Of a stretch of 64,000 bases of DNA, positions 63,321 to 64,000 are shown piece by piece; the stretch's first letter is position 1; each line of letters starts with the position of its first letter. The position numbers were made by a program, and so were the translations under genes. Location of the stretch: the NCBI GenBank assembly GCA_028534125.1, contig CM052832.1, positions 9,240,001-9,304,000 on the forward strand. The letters are read 5' to 3'. The notes beneath the pieces were generated by a model, which saw nothing but the letters and a program-made list of their open reading frames with translations, ran no database searches and had not been told where the DNA came from. This DNA is from Lama glama (Eukaryota).

Positions 63321-63766
63321 TGGCTGGATGCGGAGAGTTTGGAGTTGCTTGCTGCGGAGGGCAGGAGGGGGAACAGGGATGGGAAAGGGGGCTGGCGGGC
63401 ACTATATCTAGGAGTAAGTTTCCAGGATCGGGAGAGCCTGCACACTTGCTTGCTAGTAAGTTTCTGGCCGGGGAGGGCGCGTGGGGAGGAGGAGAGGGAG
63501 GGGTGCATGTATATATAAGGGGGGAGGGGGGAGCAGATTTCCTGCGGGGAGGCTGAATGCATATGGAGAGTAGATTTCCTGAAGGGAGGGTGGAGGCGTA
63601 GACGGACCGAGTAAGTTTCTTGCTGGGGTGGTGGCGGAGGTGGTGGGTTGGTGCTTTGGAAACCCGGAGCTTCCCGGGGTGGGGGAGCACGCTGTCGGGT
63701 GGAGGGGCGAAGGGCCAGGTTCCCTACTGGGGAGAGGGGTTTGCATCTGGGGAGTATGTTTCCTGG
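63232..63766 (+). repeat. Degenerate dispersed repeat array with core GAGTAAGTTTCC
   Basis: Seven cores start at 63246, 63412, 63454, 63531, 63568, 63609 and 63752. Segments 63235-63276 and 63557-63597 are near-duplicate direct repeats. Confidence 0.8.
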
Positions 63767-64000
63767 CGGAGCGATATTTGTTTACAGGCTGAGGGCAGTA
63801 CTGTAAGTGAGTATCGCTTCGAGAAGGCGGCTCTGACATAAATTAATATTGAAATTACTCTATCAGCTCTGCTCGCCCCCATCCCACCCCCACAAGCGGA
63901 GACTGGTCTTCTTGTTGGATTGCCCATGCACTTGTTGCAGAAACAGCCAAGGTAGGCCAGAAGCTTGTTAAGTTTCATTTTTAAAAAATTAGTTGGGGGA

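Noticed and set aside
63246..63763. CRISPR-like interpretation of the repeated 12-mer
   Set aside because: The context is eukaryotic, the repeats are short and degenerate, the spacing is irregular, and there are no cas genes.
61186..63978. Many overlapping 60-231 aa ORFs on both strands
   Set aside because: These Pro/Arg/Gly/Ala-rich low-complexity peptides are expected from stop-poor CpG-island DNA. I see no recognisable domain.

Overview
This is mammalian nuclear DNA, very probably camelid (alpaca, llama or camel). That inference rests on five copies of a tRNA-Ala-derived SINE of the vic-1 type and young cetartiodactyl-type L1 3' ends. Positions 1 to about 61,400 are repeat-rich non-coding sequence: old and young L1, L2, MIR, MaLR/ERVL LTRs and hAT/Tigger MITEs, plus a 500-N scaffold gap that looks like an unmerged contig overlap. 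I found no supportable host protein-coding exon; the ORFs I could recognise are L1 or hAT transposase remnants. The window ends in a CpG-island promoter (about 61,700-63,320) with a probable + strand first exon ending at a donor at 63108/63109. I cannot name that gene with confidence. There is no CRISPR, operon or other prokaryote-type system. The most notable observations are: (i) a seven-copy degenerate GAGTAAGTTTCC motif array with G-runs and UGCAUG sites just inside the putative first intron; (ii) a TSD-bounded composite L1 insertion with the hallmarks of a 3' transduction (55414-56201), and a miniature second case (1557-1643); (iii) a solo poly(A) insertion with TSDs. Repeat family names come from recognition by eye, not from a database search, and boundaries without TSDs are approximate.
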